Shown here piece after piece: positions 30,716-40,548 of a DNA stretch of 64,000 nt. Positions within the stretch are counted from its first letter, which is position 1. Each line of letters opens with the position of its first letter. The translations under genes and the position numbers were made by a program. The DNA lies in contig CAWFZJ010000024.1 of the NCBI GenBank assembly GCA_963820205.1, positions 14 to 64,013 on the forward strand. Reading direction: 5' to 3'. The notes beneath the pieces were generated by a model, which did not search any database, was not told the origin of the DNA, and saw only the letters and a program-made list of their open reading frames with translations. The stretch comes from an uncultured Verrucomicrobiae bacterium. Lineage in GTDB: Bacteria > Verrucomicrobiota > Verrucomicrobiia > Limisphaerales > UBA11358.

Positions 30716-32431
30716 TCAAATGCATACCAAGGGCGTTGATCGTGGCACCCGAACCACAACCGTCCCGGCGATTTTGTCGTGCCAGCCCTGCTTCTCCCGG
30801 TCCCAGCCGATCCAGAAGAAACCGAGGAAAAACACGACGGCGGAAAATGCCGCGGCCAGTCCGCGCACGAGCGCCACGAGAAAAGTCAGCGGCCCGCCAT
30901 CGTGGCGCACCACCTGCAGCTTCAGCACAACTCCGCCAATCGTGGTTCCCTTCCATGCCCACAAGCCGGCGAAATAAGCCAGGGCGACAATGAAGAAGAC
31001 CGGCGGGCCGTTCAGAAACCGCAACAAGTATCCGAGCGATCCGTGCGCGAATCCGGTGATAAAGCCCACTGCCACCATATCCAGAAACGCCGCACCCATG
31101 CGCTCCCAAAATCCGGCCCGGGGACAGGACAACACCGGTGAAATTGCCGGCAGCGCGGCAGGTGGCGCCCCAGCGGCAGCTTGAGCTTGCGGCATGACGG
31201 GTGGCAGATTGACCGGAGCCGAGGCGCCCGGGGATTCCGCCGCGCCTGCCGCCTGCCCGCCAGGAACAAACGCCGGAGGAATGCCTGGCGCACTGGCCGT
31301 CGGCGCCGGTGCCGTTGTAGCCATTGCCGCCATGACGGGCGGCGATCCCGAAGCCGGTGGCGGAGCCGTGGGTTGCTCCGGCATTTCACGGCGTCTGCCA
31401 CTGAACATGGCCATGACGACCGTGCCCAACGCCCATGTGCCGGTCAGGGTATAGATGATGAAACCGAGAATTGGCACGAGATAGAGCAGCGTAATGACGA
31501 CCCATCCCAGCAGAAACGCCGCCAGCGGCTTTTGCATCGTCGTGAGATTGAACTGCCGGCCGATTTGTTGGCCGAAGTATTGCAGCAATGCAACCTTTCC
31601 GATCATGCCCGCGAACATTACAGCGATGAGCAGAAAAGGAATGACGAAAATGCCAATGCCTGTGACGACGAGAATCAGGAACACAAATGGCAGCAGGATT
31701 TTGGCCAGCAACCCCGCCAAAATCGTCGTGACGGGACGGCGCGTGATTTCGTCCACGCAGGCTTGGACCGGTCGTGGAAGCGCGATGGCGATTAAAATGT
31801 AAATCAGGAGAAACATGCCGGCGATGGCCCAAAGCCAGCCCAACTGCGGCGCGAGCGGACGCAATTTAAACGCGCACTGATCCAGCCAATCACCCAGCCA
31901 GCTAAAGACCGGCATGCTCACGACTTCTCCATCAATCACAGTTCCTTGGGAGCGTTCCACCGCGCCGCCCACCGCAACAACATCGCCATGGACCTTCGCG
32001 TTTGGCCCCAGCTTTATGTTGCCCAAAACCGCGACCGTATCGCCGTGAACGACGGCGTTGGTTCCCAATTTGATGTTGCCCAGGACCGCGACTGTGTCTC
32101 CACCCGCCTCGTCGCCCACCATTATGTTCCCCAAAATGGCTACCAGGTCCTGCCGCACTTTGCCAAGCGCCGTGGCCGAGCCGCCAATGACCACCATGTC
32201 GTTTGCGGTCTCCCCTGCTGGTAATTCGGCGCTCCGGCAAAATACAACCAGGTCGTTGCTGGAGTTGTCGCCACCTTGCCGGTCGCGCGGTTGTGCGGCT
32301 TCGGCGGCGGCGGAAATTGCAGGTTCATTGGTCTGCGCCACAGCGCGATTCATCGGCGCGCTGAACAGAACCAGCAAACCGAGGGTTGCTGCGCCGTTCC
32401 CAATTAATATATTGCGAAGGATTTTTTTCAT
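30716..32431 (-). CDS. secreted/polytopic protein with bactofilin-like repeats, Pro/Ala linker and C-terminal RDD domain
   Basis: ATG 32431 (MKKILRNILIGNGAATLGLLVL) overlaps the anti-sigma stop in an ATGA. It has GD.VA(V/I)LGNI.(L/V)G repeats and multiple TM helices. The C-terminus AGFWERMGAAFLDMVAV...WHDKIAGTVVV is RDD-family-like. Confidence 0.65.
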   Translation of the reverse strand: MKKILRNILIGNGAATLGLLVLFSAPMNRAVAQTNEPAISAAAEAAQPRDRQGGDNSSNDLVVFCRSAELPAGETANDMVVIGGSATALGKVRQDLVAILGNIMVGDEAGGDTVAVLGNIKLGTNAVVHGDTVAVLGNIKLGPNAKVHGDVVAVGGAVERSQGTVIDGEVVSMPVFSWLGDWLDQCAFKLRPLAPQLGWLWAIAGMFLLIYILIAIALPRPVQACVDEITRRPVTTILAGLLAKILLPFVFLILVVTGIGIFVIPFLLIAVMFAGMIGKVALLQYFGQQIGRQFNLTTMQKPLAAFLLGWVVITLLYLVPILGFIIYTLTGTWALGTVVMAMFSGRRREMPEQPTAPPPASGSPPVMAAMATTAPAPTASAPGIPPAFVPGGQAAGAAESPGASAPVNLPPVMPQAQAAAGAPPAALPAISPVLSCPRAGFWERMGAAFLDMVAVGFITGFAHGSLGYLLRFLNGPPVFFIVALAYFAGLWAWKGTTIGGVVLKLQVVRHDGGPLTFLVALVRGLAAAFSAVVFFLGFFWIGWDREKQGWHDKIAGTVVVRVPRSTPLVCI

Positions 32432-32919
32432 GTTTGCCTTTCTTTCAGCGACGCGCAAAAGGCGAGCCGCCAATAAATTGTTCCCAAACCAACACACGCG
32501 GCGTAGGAGATCAGCCACATAACAGCGATGCCGATGGCGACTGCCGGTCCAAGACTCCGAAACGCCAGCCCCAGCGCATTTGCCAGAGTGTTTACAGCGT
32601 TCCAAACCGCATTCACCCAACTGAACCAACCGGAGACTTCCCTTGCCGCCGGAGTGAGCGTGGCGAAGTGTGCCAGCCGCCAGCTTCCAAAACACAGGAT
32701 CGCAAACGCGGCCAGCAGCCCAACGAACGAAACACCCCGGAGTGCCACCGGCCACGTCTGCCACGAACGGCGATACCAGGGAACCCGGGCGCGTTGCTCG
32801 ATGGCCGCCATCACGCGGCTCGCCAGTGCGCCTGGCGCCGCCAGTTCCGGCAGCGTCTTCAGCTCGCGGCTGATGGCCGCTTCCAATCGTTGGTCGTAAT
32901 CCGGATTCATGCGTTTCAA
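32428..32919 (-). CDS. putative anti-sigma factor (membrane protein)
   Basis: It sits between the ECF sigma gene and the RDD gene. The tracked TTG start at 32919 overlaps the sigma stop; ATG 32910 is an alternative. It has several TM helices. The assignment rests on gene context. Confidence 0.5.
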   Translation of the reverse strand: MKRMNPDYDQRLEAAISRELKTLPELAAPGALASRVMAAIEQRARVPWYRRSWQTWPVALRGVSFVGLLAAFAILCFGSWRLAHFATLTPAAREVSGWFSWVNAVWNAVNTLANALGLAFRSLGPAVAIGIAVMWLISYAACVGLGTIYWRLAFCASLKERQT

Positions 32920-33470
32920 GCCGGGTCTTTTTCCAGTTCCAGGGTGAGGCGAAGCTTTTTGCGCAACGCCTCGCGGCCGCGGGAAATGTCCGTCTTCACC
33001 TTGCCCAGCGACACGCCCAGTTTCTCGGCGATTTCCTCATAGCGTAATCCTTCAAGGTGATAGAGCACCAGCGGCACCCGTTGCGCCGTGGGCAGTTTTT
33101 GCAGGGCCTGCTCCACCAGTTCGTGCCGGTCCCTGGCCTCCAGTTCCTCGCCCGCGTTGCTTTCATCGGCAAATTCCACTTCCGGCTCGCCGCCCGCGTC
33201 AGAGTCGCCGGTGAACATCTCGGAAAAAAAGGTCCAGCGCGAACGATAGCGGGAAAGATGATTCAAACTGAGATTGGTGGCGACCGTCTTGAGCCAGCCA
33301 CCCACGGTCGGGCTGCCCTGCAATTCGCCGAAACGTTCATACGTGCGCAGGAACACTTCCTGGGTCACGTCCTCGGCTTCAGATCGGTTGGAGAGCAAAC
33401 GCATGGCCGTGCTAAATACCATGTTCTGGTAATTCCGCATGAACGCCTCGAATTGTTGCGCATCTGTCAT
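32916..33470 (-). CDS. ECF-type RNA polymerase sigma-70 factor
   Basis: Region 2: VFSTAMRLLSNRSEAEDVTQEVFLRTYE..GWLKTVATNLSLNHLS. Region 4: LPTAQRVPLVLYHLEGLRYEEIAEKLGVSLGKVKTDISRGREAL. Confidence 0.9.
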   Translation of the reverse strand: MTDAQQFEAFMRNYQNMVFSTAMRLLSNRSEAEDVTQEVFLRTYERFGELQGSPTVGGWLKTVATNLSLNHLSRYRSRWTFFSEMFTGDSDAGGEPEVEFADESNAGEELEARDRHELVEQALQKLPTAQRVPLVLYHLEGLRYEEIAEKLGVSLGKVKTDISRGREALRKKLRLTLELEKDPA

Positions 33471-34001
33471 GGTCGGGCCGCAGCCCTCGGCGGCTCATCT
33501 TACATCCGGAACGCTGTTGAACGCAAAACTCTTGCATAACGGTTTGAAATGTTGGCGCGCATGGGGTGCTAGAAATTCCGCCCGGCCCATGCGGGGGCCA
33601 AGTTGGGTATGTCTCCCGACTGCGCCGCCGCGTGCAGGAGGGCGGTGCCGACCAGGCCAGGCCCGGCAATGGGCCGGGGCTTTGCCGCCGCCGGATATTT
33701 CAACCAGCCGGCACACCCGAGCTGCAGCCAGCTCCTGCCCGTGCTGATTAGATGACCGGGTAACGCCGGCAAGGGCTGGGCCTTTTTGAAGGCCGGATTC
33801 ACATTTGCTCTCGCACAGAAACTTTTCATGTTCAATTCCATAACCCGGCAGACCCCCGGATTGTTTCAAAAAAGTTCCGCTCATGAACCTCCTGGGAGCG
33901 CCAGTGCTCCCAGGAACTGTATTTCCGTAATGACGGACGATGCAGGCTTGACCATCCGGTGATTCCGGCTCATTTTTATTCCGTTCGGCGAGCGAAAACC
34001 T

Positions 34002-34442
34002 ATGAAAACCAGAAGCGATATTGCCGTGGAAAAATTTCTCGCCGGGTACAACTGCGCCCAAGCCGTTCTGTACTCGTTCTGCGATGATCTCCAATTCGAC
34101 AAGGACACTGCCCTCCGGCTGGCCAGCGGGTTCGGGGCCGGCATGGCGCGAAAGCAGGGCACGTGCGGAGCCATCACCGGCGGCATCATCGCCATTGGAC
34201 TCAAGCACGGACGCGGCGAGGGGCAGGACCGGTCGCGCACCGATGAAACGTACCGGAAAGTGCGGGAACTCATCTGGCAATTTGAATCCAAGCACGGCAC
34301 GAGCATCTGCCGCACTCTGCTGAATGGCTGCGATCTGAACACGCCCGAAGGCCAGCGCCACTTCAAGGAAAACAATCTCCAGACCAAGACCTGCACCGGC
34401 TGTGTCAAAACAGTCGGGGAGACGTTGGAACATATTCTCTGA
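34002..34442 (+). CDS. C_GCAxxG_C_C family protein
   Basis: FLAGYNCAQAVL, GTCGAITGGIIAIG and the C-terminal CTGCV spacing are typical of this family. Confidence 0.75.
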   Translation: MKTRSDIAVEKFLAGYNCAQAVLYSFCDDLQFDKDTALRLASGFGAGMARKQGTCGAITGGIIAIGLKHGRGEGQDRSRTDETYRKVRELIWQFESKHGTSICRTLLNGCDLNTPEGQRHFKENNLQTKTCTGCVKTVGETLEHIL

Positions 34443-34587
34443 AGCGGGATCCTATTCGATCCAAAGTTTAAAGCCGAGACGCCAAGAGCGCTGAGTTCAA
34501 AAAATGAATCTGAAACCCTTGGCGTCCTCCGCGCCTTGGCGGTTGGTTTACATCTGAAAAATCTCCGTTTCCTACGCTTCTTCCTGT

Positions 34588-35220
34588 TCAAAGACAGGCG
34601 GTAACTTCAGCACCGCTTTCGGGGTTTGATGCAGTTGAGCTTTTCGCGCCCTTCGGCTGCACGTCCGGCACAGAAGGCCCCCGCGGCTGCTCGAAGGGGA
34701 TCTTCGAGCGCAGCAGCAGCGTCCGGAAACACAAATCAGCGAGCGGCAGCACCACGTTGAAGTTCTTGCCCAGGTAACGGTGATGCAGCAGATGGTGTCC
34801 GTTCAACCGGAAAAAGATGCCCGAGCGTTCCACGTGCCGTTTTCCCGGCAGGTGCATGCACCAATGCAGGTATTCGTAAGCCGTAAAATACAACGTGCAG
34901 GCCGCCGCCGCGCCGCACAAAATTCCCCACCTGTGCAGCAGCAAGGCCGATATCAAAAACGGCAACTGGCACACGGCCACGATGGCCGGCCCGCTCCACC
35001 ACGCCATGGGAATGGTCTTCTTGTCCCGTTCATTCACGAGGTGATAGGTGTGGTCCGCCTTGAAAATCCGGTGATGCACCAGCGCGTGCCGTTCAAACGG
35101 ATACCGGAACCATTTGACCGGGCGGTGCATGACATGACGATGCAGCGTCCATTCGAAGAAGGAGCCGAACATCACTCCGGCAACAACTCCAATGGCGCAC
35201 CAAAAAAAGAACGCGGTCAT
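34588..35220 (-). CDS. fatty acid hydroxylase / sterol desaturase superfamily membrane protein
   Basis: From ATG 35220. The histidine boxes HRHVMH, HALVHH, HWCMH and HHLLHH lie between TM helices. Confidence 0.7.
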   Translation of the reverse strand: MTAFFFWCAIGVVAGVMFGSFFEWTLHRHVMHRPVKWFRYPFERHALVHHRIFKADHTYHLVNERDKKTIPMAWWSGPAIVAVCQLPFLISALLLHRWGILCGAAAACTLYFTAYEYLHWCMHLPGKRHVERSGIFFRLNGHHLLHHRYLGKNFNVVLPLADLCFRTLLLRSKIPFEQPRGPSVPDVQPKGAKSSTASNPESGAEVTACL

Positions 35221-35435
35221 AAACGGCTTTCCGCAGTTGCAGACTGAAGGAGGACTTCCAATCAACATCCGACGCAGTTGGTACTCTAACGGTCTTGCTT
35301 GCTGGATTTAATTTCGTCCTGATTCGGTCCCGCGCAAGTTTTATTTCAACGCCGGACGCGCGCTCAACGTGGAGCAGCAAACCAAGGTTGCGTAACACCT
35401 GACGTTGCTGGCGGATTTAACTTTAAAATGCCGCG

Positions 35436-36668
35436 CTATGGTGAAATCGGAATGTTCCGGCTGTTCGGGTGTTCGCCGCTGATAACTTTTGTGCCCTCGG
35501 CCGTGAGGCGCAAATACCAATCAGCCGGCAGTCCTTCGTAGGTCACAAAATAACCCCGCCCCGGCGGCGTGTTGCTGACTTTGAAAATGGCCGTGCCTTC
35601 GTCCACCTCGTCGAACATGCCCACATAGCACATGTCCACGCCGAGATTCGCGACGGCGTTGAATTGTTTCCAGAGAAAATCGCCGCCGAGCCGTGGTATT
35701 TTGGATGTGCCCGGCGGCAGGTGTTTGAGATTGTCCCAACTGAATCCGGGATAAACTTGAGGCAAATAAAACATCCCCGCGTTCGTTGCCGCGGCCAGAT
35801 CCTCCGCCCAATAAGCGGTATTGGCGAACTTGTTTGTGCCGGCGGAATAAGTATTTCCCGTGTTCCATGGGCAATAGCCGTGGAAGCTGCGATACACATT
35901 CGTCCAGTCGCCGGTCGCGCCGGCGCGCCAGTCCCACCACCCGCTGCCAATGAGCGTCACGCCATGCGTCGCATTGGTTTTGAACCACGCGATGATTTGT
36001 CTGGGCAGCGCCGTGCCGGAAAAGCGTTCGGGATAAAATCCAAAAATCATCAACACCGGTTTGTCATCGTGATGCAGATAGCGCGGGTCCTGCGTGATGC
36101 GCAGATTGTCCACGAGATAAATCCAGTCGTTGGTCAACTGGCTGAAGAGCGTATTCGTGTTGGCGCCGCTCATGTCGTATTGAATCATGAACGCGCGGCC
36201 CGTGCGGTTGGCGGCGGCCCGCACGTGAAGCAGCACATTTGTCTTCCAGCTCTGGGTATGGTCCGGCGGAATCTGCGTCACGAACCGCTGCACCACCACG
36301 CCGTCAATGCCGTATTCCCGCATCCAGTCGAAATGTTTGTCCACCGTCTGCTGGTCCTGCGCGCTGAACAAATATGCCTGCGCGCCGCCCGGACAGGTGA
36401 AACCGGCCACGGGATATTTGTTGGTGTACTCGCTCACGTCCGGCCACATGTCAAACGTGATCCTGCCCAGCGCGTTCGTCCCGGGCGGCGTGCTCCAATC
36501 GCGGCTCCAATGATCCCATTCCGTGCCGCCATCCCCGCCCGCGCGGAACCAGCCTTGATAACCGACGAGAACTTTTTTATGCAGCGTGGCGGCGTCCACC
36601 GTCTGGTTCGGGCGGAAGCCGGAATTGGTCTGCAGCACCAGGTCGAGGGCGGCGAGAAGGGCGATCAT
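35436..36668 (-). CDS. putative secreted glycoside hydrolase (GH71/GH99-like TIM barrel)
   Basis: ATG 36668 gives a signal-like start MIALLAALDLVLQ. The motifs VGYQGWFRAGGDG..WDHW, FDMWPDVSEY, MREYGIDGVVVQRF and MFDEVDEGTAIFK suggest a carbohydrate-active TIM barrel. The family call is weak. Confidence 0.5.
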   Translation of the reverse strand: MIALLAALDLVLQTNSGFRPNQTVDAATLHKKVLVGYQGWFRAGGDGGTEWDHWSRDWSTPPGTNALGRITFDMWPDVSEYTNKYPVAGFTCPGGAQAYLFSAQDQQTVDKHFDWMREYGIDGVVVQRFVTQIPPDHTQSWKTNVLLHVRAAANRTGRAFMIQYDMSGANTNTLFSQLTNDWIYLVDNLRITQDPRYLHHDDKPVLMIFGFYPERFSGTALPRQIIAWFKTNATHGVTLIGSGWWDWRAGATGDWTNVYRSFHGYCPWNTGNTYSAGTNKFANTAYWAEDLAAATNAGMFYLPQVYPGFSWDNLKHLPPGTSKIPRLGGDFLWKQFNAVANLGVDMCYVGMFDEVDEGTAIFKVSNTPPGRGYFVTYEGLPADWYLRLTAEGTKVISGEHPNSRNIPISP

Positions 36669-36834
36669 GGCGTCAGTGTAGCAACCACGGTTTCGGGGAG
36701 CAATGGCGCCTGCCTTGCGTGCCGCTCCAGCCACATACGCTGGCACTTGGCCAGTGAAAACTGACATGTTTTCGTTTTCCGCTATGGGGTGTTTACCCTA
36801 TAGCCAGCCGGCCAGAATCGGTTAGTTTAGCAGC

Positions 36835-37230
36835 ATGAAAACAAATCAACTCCGCCGGACGCTCCGGCTGCTGTTATTAAATGCGACCGTTGTGGTTCTA
36901 GCCGCTGGTTGCGCCACCCAAAATGAGAGATCCTACAATCAGGATTTTAATCAAAACCTTCCAACCTCACCCAAATATACCATTGAGAACGTTGATGACA
37001 CACATTTTCAAGTTATCGTCCATCAGGGTTCTCCCTTGCCGGGAACGCAGCGCATCATTTTTGTGAAAGAAGTGGCCTCAACGGTTGCTGCAACCGAAGC
37101 CAAACGCAGGGGCTGGCAAAACTGGGACCTGGGTTATATTCAAGAACGCGATCAAGGGTGGATGCACATTGTTATCGCCGATGTCACCCGTAAAAACGCT
37201 GTCGAAAAGACAACTGACAAAACCCAATGA
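36835..37230 (+). CDS. hypothetical lipoprotein
   Basis: A signal peptide ends in the lipobox LAAGC. The local sequence is AT-richer. I recognised no family. Confidence 0.5.
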   Translation: MKTNQLRRTLRLLLLNATVVVLAAGCATQNERSYNQDFNQNLPTSPKYTIENVDDTHFQVIVHQGSPLPGTQRIIFVKEVASTVAATEAKRRGWQNWDLGYIQERDQGWMHIVIADVTRKNAVEKTTDKTQ

Positions 37231-37534
37231 CGGGTGACGGCGCGACGCGTGACACGAATTTCACGAATTATCACGAATTCAATCTGCGTGAATTCGCGTA
37301 ATTAGCGCCAACCTTCACGGCAGGCGCCAGATGCCGCGCTCCTCCACCAGCCGCCGCATGATGTTCCATACATCCAAGGTCCAGCTGCATTGTTTCACGG
37401 AAACATCCTTCAACGGCCAGATCTGAACCTTTCGGGGATTGACGCAACGGATTTTTTTCGCGGACTTCGGCGGGAATACCATATGTGCTGATATCAAAAA
37501 CCGCCCGTTTTCGTTTTTGGCGGAGTGCGGCAAA

Positions 37535-38113
37535 TCATTGCTCGACGCGTTGCCACAGCTCCTCCACGACAGGATTTTTTTCGGCGCCCATCTGGTAATA
37601 ATTATCCCCGTCCACACGGATTTTGAATCTCGGGTGCTGGCCGCGAAATCGGATCATCTGGCCCGTTGCCGCCTCGATGGATTCCGTATAGCTGTCGCCG
37701 TGAAGCGTGTAATGGCCGCTGGCGGAATAAACGACATTAGACTCGGCGTCGTAAGTGACGATGGCCCAATTGGTCAGGGTGAACATTTTGAAATAACCGC
37801 TGTGAGGCTGAAGGAAGAAAAACTGACCGGTATTCCGGGATCTTGCGCCTGCCATTTCCCAGGTGCCAACGAGCTCGTTCTTCAATTCACTTTCACTTTG
37901 AACCATGGGTGTATGCAGGACGTGATATTCAACCGGATTTTCCTCCTTCAATACGGCCAATGCCCTTTTTTGGTCCACGTGCGCCCTTGCTTTGAGGATG
38001 AGAAACGTGATTGCACCGAGGAAAAAAACAACCCCAATGGCGATGATAATGGCCGTTTTTGCTCTTTGCGATGCCATAGGTTCCAGCGCTCTTTTACTAT
38101 TGCTGCCGTTCAT
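37535..38113 (-). CDS. hypothetical membrane-anchored protein
   Basis: ATG 38113 lies 19 nt downstream of the nuclease gene's stop. It has a TM helix AIIIAIGVVFFLGAITFLIL followed by a beta-rich ~140-aa domain. I recognised no family. Confidence 0.4.
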   Translation of the reverse strand: MNGSNSKRALEPMASQRAKTAIIIAIGVVFFLGAITFLILKARAHVDQKRALAVLKEENPVEYHVLHTPMVQSESELKNELVGTWEMAGARSRNTGQFFFLQPHSGYFKMFTLTNWAIVTYDAESNVVYSASGHYTLHGDSYTESIEAATGQMIRFRGQHPRFKIRVDGDNYYQMGAEKNPVVEELWQRVEQ

Positions 38114-38132
38114 GGTCAAGGAGAACCAGCCA

Positions 38133-39431
38133 CTACCGGATCGTGAAACCCAATTCCGTTGTCTGCACTGCGCCGGTGAACTTCCGCAGCCAGTCAAGCC
38201 ACGCGAGAATGGTGGAGGCACGACGCGCGGGCGTGCTGCTGGTTATTTTGGAATACCGTTCGAGCAGCGCGGCAATCTGCTTTTTGCCGATGCCTTGCGC
38301 GCCTGCTGTGGCTGACAATTCCAGCGCCGCGCGCATGGGTGGGAAATGCGCCAGCAAACCGGCCAGCAAGCGCCGCCGTTCATCCGCCGGGAGGTTCACA
38401 TATTCATTTCCCAAGTCAGTCAGCGCATAATTGAAATTCTTTTCCTGCCGAACCAATCCCAAAAACTCTGCCGCCTCCCGGTAATAACTGCTTTGGCGTG
38501 GAGCAAACTTGTAATGCTTCGCCACCTTGCTTGAAGTGTTGATCCCTTGCGCGATCAGCAGGGGAATTTCCGCCACGCGCCAGAACAAATCCGCCTGCGG
38601 CACGTCCCACAATTGCCCATGCGCACGGCCCGCGACGTGGGCGCGCAGCAATTCTTCAACGGTTAAATGTTTCTTGTCCGGCTCAACTAGAAAACTCTCG
38701 CCGCGTTTGAGTCGCAGCGACTGGTATTGGCCGTCATCAGTAAATTCGTATTCCCAGAACTTGTAGAGGCGTTTGCCCGCAATCTCCAGCGAGCAGAAAA
38801 ACAATGGCCGGGTCGTTTTCTTGGGGATTTCCAGCCGCCATTTGCGATACGGATAAAACAATTGACGCACGATGAAATCTCTTGGCTCGCCGGTTTTCGC
38901 TTCAATCAGTATTATGTCGTTTCGCCCTTCGCAACCCAAGTCAACTTCCACCTGAACCCCCGCGTTGACTTGAATCGGCCCGACATTCCCAACGAAGAAA
39001 TCAATTGCGGGCATTCGCTTTCTATTGCGAATTGTCTGCCGCAAGCCGGGCGTTCCGGCAAAGTTTTCTATCAAGCCGACGTTAAATGAATAATCAAGGT
39101 GTTGTGCCTCACTATCGCCAACGCCCAAGGTTTCAAGTTCAAAATCAAGTTGAGGACGAAAAATCGTCGGCAGTTCTGGAAGTTTTTCGAGTGCGTGATA
39201 ACCGTTTCCTCGGACAAGAACATATTCACCGTTTTTCACCGGCAAAATAAAGTAGCCATGCCTTTGAAGCGCCTTGGGCAAATTCGCAGAGAAATCCACC
39301 TTTGCCATCAGTCGAAGTTCGTTACCGGTAGTTGATTCGATGTCCTTTTTCGTCAGCATTACTAAATCCGCAGTTGTATCCACCTTCTCACACACCAACT
39401 TTTCCCACGCTTCCTCAAATGGCATTGGCAT
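38133..39431 (-). CDS. putative type II restriction endonuclease (PD-(D/E)xK core plus C-terminal winged-helix-like region)
   Basis: 432 aa, starting 10 nt after the Dam-like methylase's stop. VQVEVDLGCEGRNDIILIEAKTG fits D...(D/E)xK. The C-terminal third is helical (..YYREAAEFLGLV..LTDLGNEYV..). Specificity is unknown. Confidence 0.55.
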   Translation of the reverse strand: MPMPFEEAWEKLVCEKVDTTADLVMLTKKDIESTTGNELRLMAKVDFSANLPKALQRHGYFILPVKNGEYVLVRGNGYHALEKLPELPTIFRPQLDFELETLGVGDSEAQHLDYSFNVGLIENFAGTPGLRQTIRNRKRMPAIDFFVGNVGPIQVNAGVQVEVDLGCEGRNDIILIEAKTGEPRDFIVRQLFYPYRKWRLEIPKKTTRPLFFCSLEIAGKRLYKFWEYEFTDDGQYQSLRLKRGESFLVEPDKKHLTVEELLRAHVAGRAHGQLWDVPQADLFWRVAEIPLLIAQGINTSSKVAKHYKFAPRQSSYYREAAEFLGLVRQEKNFNYALTDLGNEYVNLPADERRRLLAGLLAHFPPMRAALELSATAGAQGIGKKQIAALLERYSKITSSTPARRASTILAWLDWLRKFTGAVQTTELGFTIR

Positions 39432-39441
39432 TGGCGTAAAT

Positions 39442-40506
39442 TTAGTCCTCTGTGGTCACAACTACTTCATTCACTTCGCCGCGTTTTGTGCCGTCGCAGT
39501 TGATGGCGCGGCGGGCCTGCACGGTGTGGATTTGAAAATCGCGGTAGAGCCGGCGGATGAAGGGCGTGTCGGAGTTGGAGAGCATCAGGCGCGCGCCGCG
39601 CCGGGCGGCCTCGGCAAACACGGCGTGGAGTTCACGCTGTTCGCCCTCGCCAAAATCTTCCTTGGCGTAGGAGGTAAAACTGGCAGTGCCGGAAACGGGA
39701 TAATACGGCGGGTCAACGTAGGCAAAGTCGCCGGGCCGGGTCTGGTTGAGGGTTTCGCGGAAATCCTGCACTGCCAGATGCACGCCCTCCAACGCGCGGC
39801 TGGCGGCGAGAATGTTATCCTCGTTGTAGAGGCCGGGATTTTTGTTGGAGCCGACGGGGACATTGAATTCGCCGCGGGCGTTGACGCGCCAGAGGCCGTT
39901 GAAGCAGGTTTTGTTGAGGAAAATCATGCGGGCGGCGCGTTCCACGATTTTCTTGTCGTCGCCGGTGAGGTGGTGCTGGGCGCGGACGAAGTAAAAATAG
40001 TCATCCCCTTTGGCCTTGAATTCGGCGGCGTATTCGTCCAGCCGGCGCATGAGTTCGCGGGGGAAATCGCGGACGGCGAGGTAGGTGTTGATGAGTTCGG
40101 GGTTGAGGTCGCGCAGGAACGCCTTCATCTTCGGAAAGCGGTGCTTGAGGTGGAAGAACACCGCACCGCCGCCCACGAACGGCTCGAAGTAGCGGGTAAT
40201 TTCGGCGGGGAAAAATTCGTCGAACTGCGCGAGGAGCTGCGCCTTGCCGCCAACCCATTTCAGAAACGGCTGCGCTTCTTCAGGGGCAACGGCTTCAACG
40301 GCAGCGATATGGAACTGTTCACGGGTGCGCGGACGGCGTGGGGATTTGGGAACGTGCGGGCGAACGATTTCCGAAAGCGACCAAGTTGGGTCAGGAATAT
40401 TTCGGCGAATTCTGTATCGGGTTGGTTTTGGATCAGATCTCCGATCTGAGCGCGCTGGGTTGGCGGCACTTTTTGCTGAACGTTTCCGCCGGGATTTGTC
40501 AGACAT
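39442..40506 (-). CDS. Dam-like (D12 class, alpha-type) N6-adenine DNA methyltransferase with an ~85-aa basic N-terminal extension
   Basis: FLKWVGGKAQLL, FEPFVGGGAVFF (AdoMet motif I), NKTCFNGLWRVN and YVDPPY (motif IV). Confidence 0.85.
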   Translation of the reverse strand: MSDKSRRKRSAKSAANPARSDRRSDPKPTRYRIRRNIPDPTWSLSEIVRPHVPKSPRRPRTREQFHIAAVEAVAPEEAQPFLKWVGGKAQLLAQFDEFFPAEITRYFEPFVGGGAVFFHLKHRFPKMKAFLRDLNPELINTYLAVRDFPRELMRRLDEYAAEFKAKGDDYFYFVRAQHHLTGDDKKIVERAARMIFLNKTCFNGLWRVNARGEFNVPVGSNKNPGLYNEDNILAASRALEGVHLAVQDFRETLNQTRPGDFAYVDPPYYPVSGTASFTSYAKEDFGEGEQRELHAVFAEAARRGARLMLSNSDTPFIRRLYRDFQIHTVQARRAINCDGTKRGEVNEVVVTTED

Positions 40507-40548
40507 CCACGCGGATCGATCCCGATCTCCGGCAAAGGATCAAGTCTA

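Noticed and set aside
33495-34433. The 312-aa ORF on the minus strand, and ORF 33569-33841, in the ~530-bp gap upstream of the ECF sigma gene.
   Set aside because: The long ORF is antisense to the well-supported C_GCAxxG_C_C gene. The remainder is repeat-like and low in complexity. I saw no RNase P, tmRNA, SRP or riboswitch hallmarks there, although a structured RNA cannot be excluded without covariance-model scans.
37315-37617. The 100-aa ORF (minus strand) and the 235-aa ORF 37439-38146 (plus strand) near the R-M locus.
   Set aside because: The plus-strand ORF is antisense to the better-supported membrane-anchored protein at 37535-38113. The minus-strand ORF has no motifs and overlaps a cacgaat repeat tract. 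Neither is supportable.
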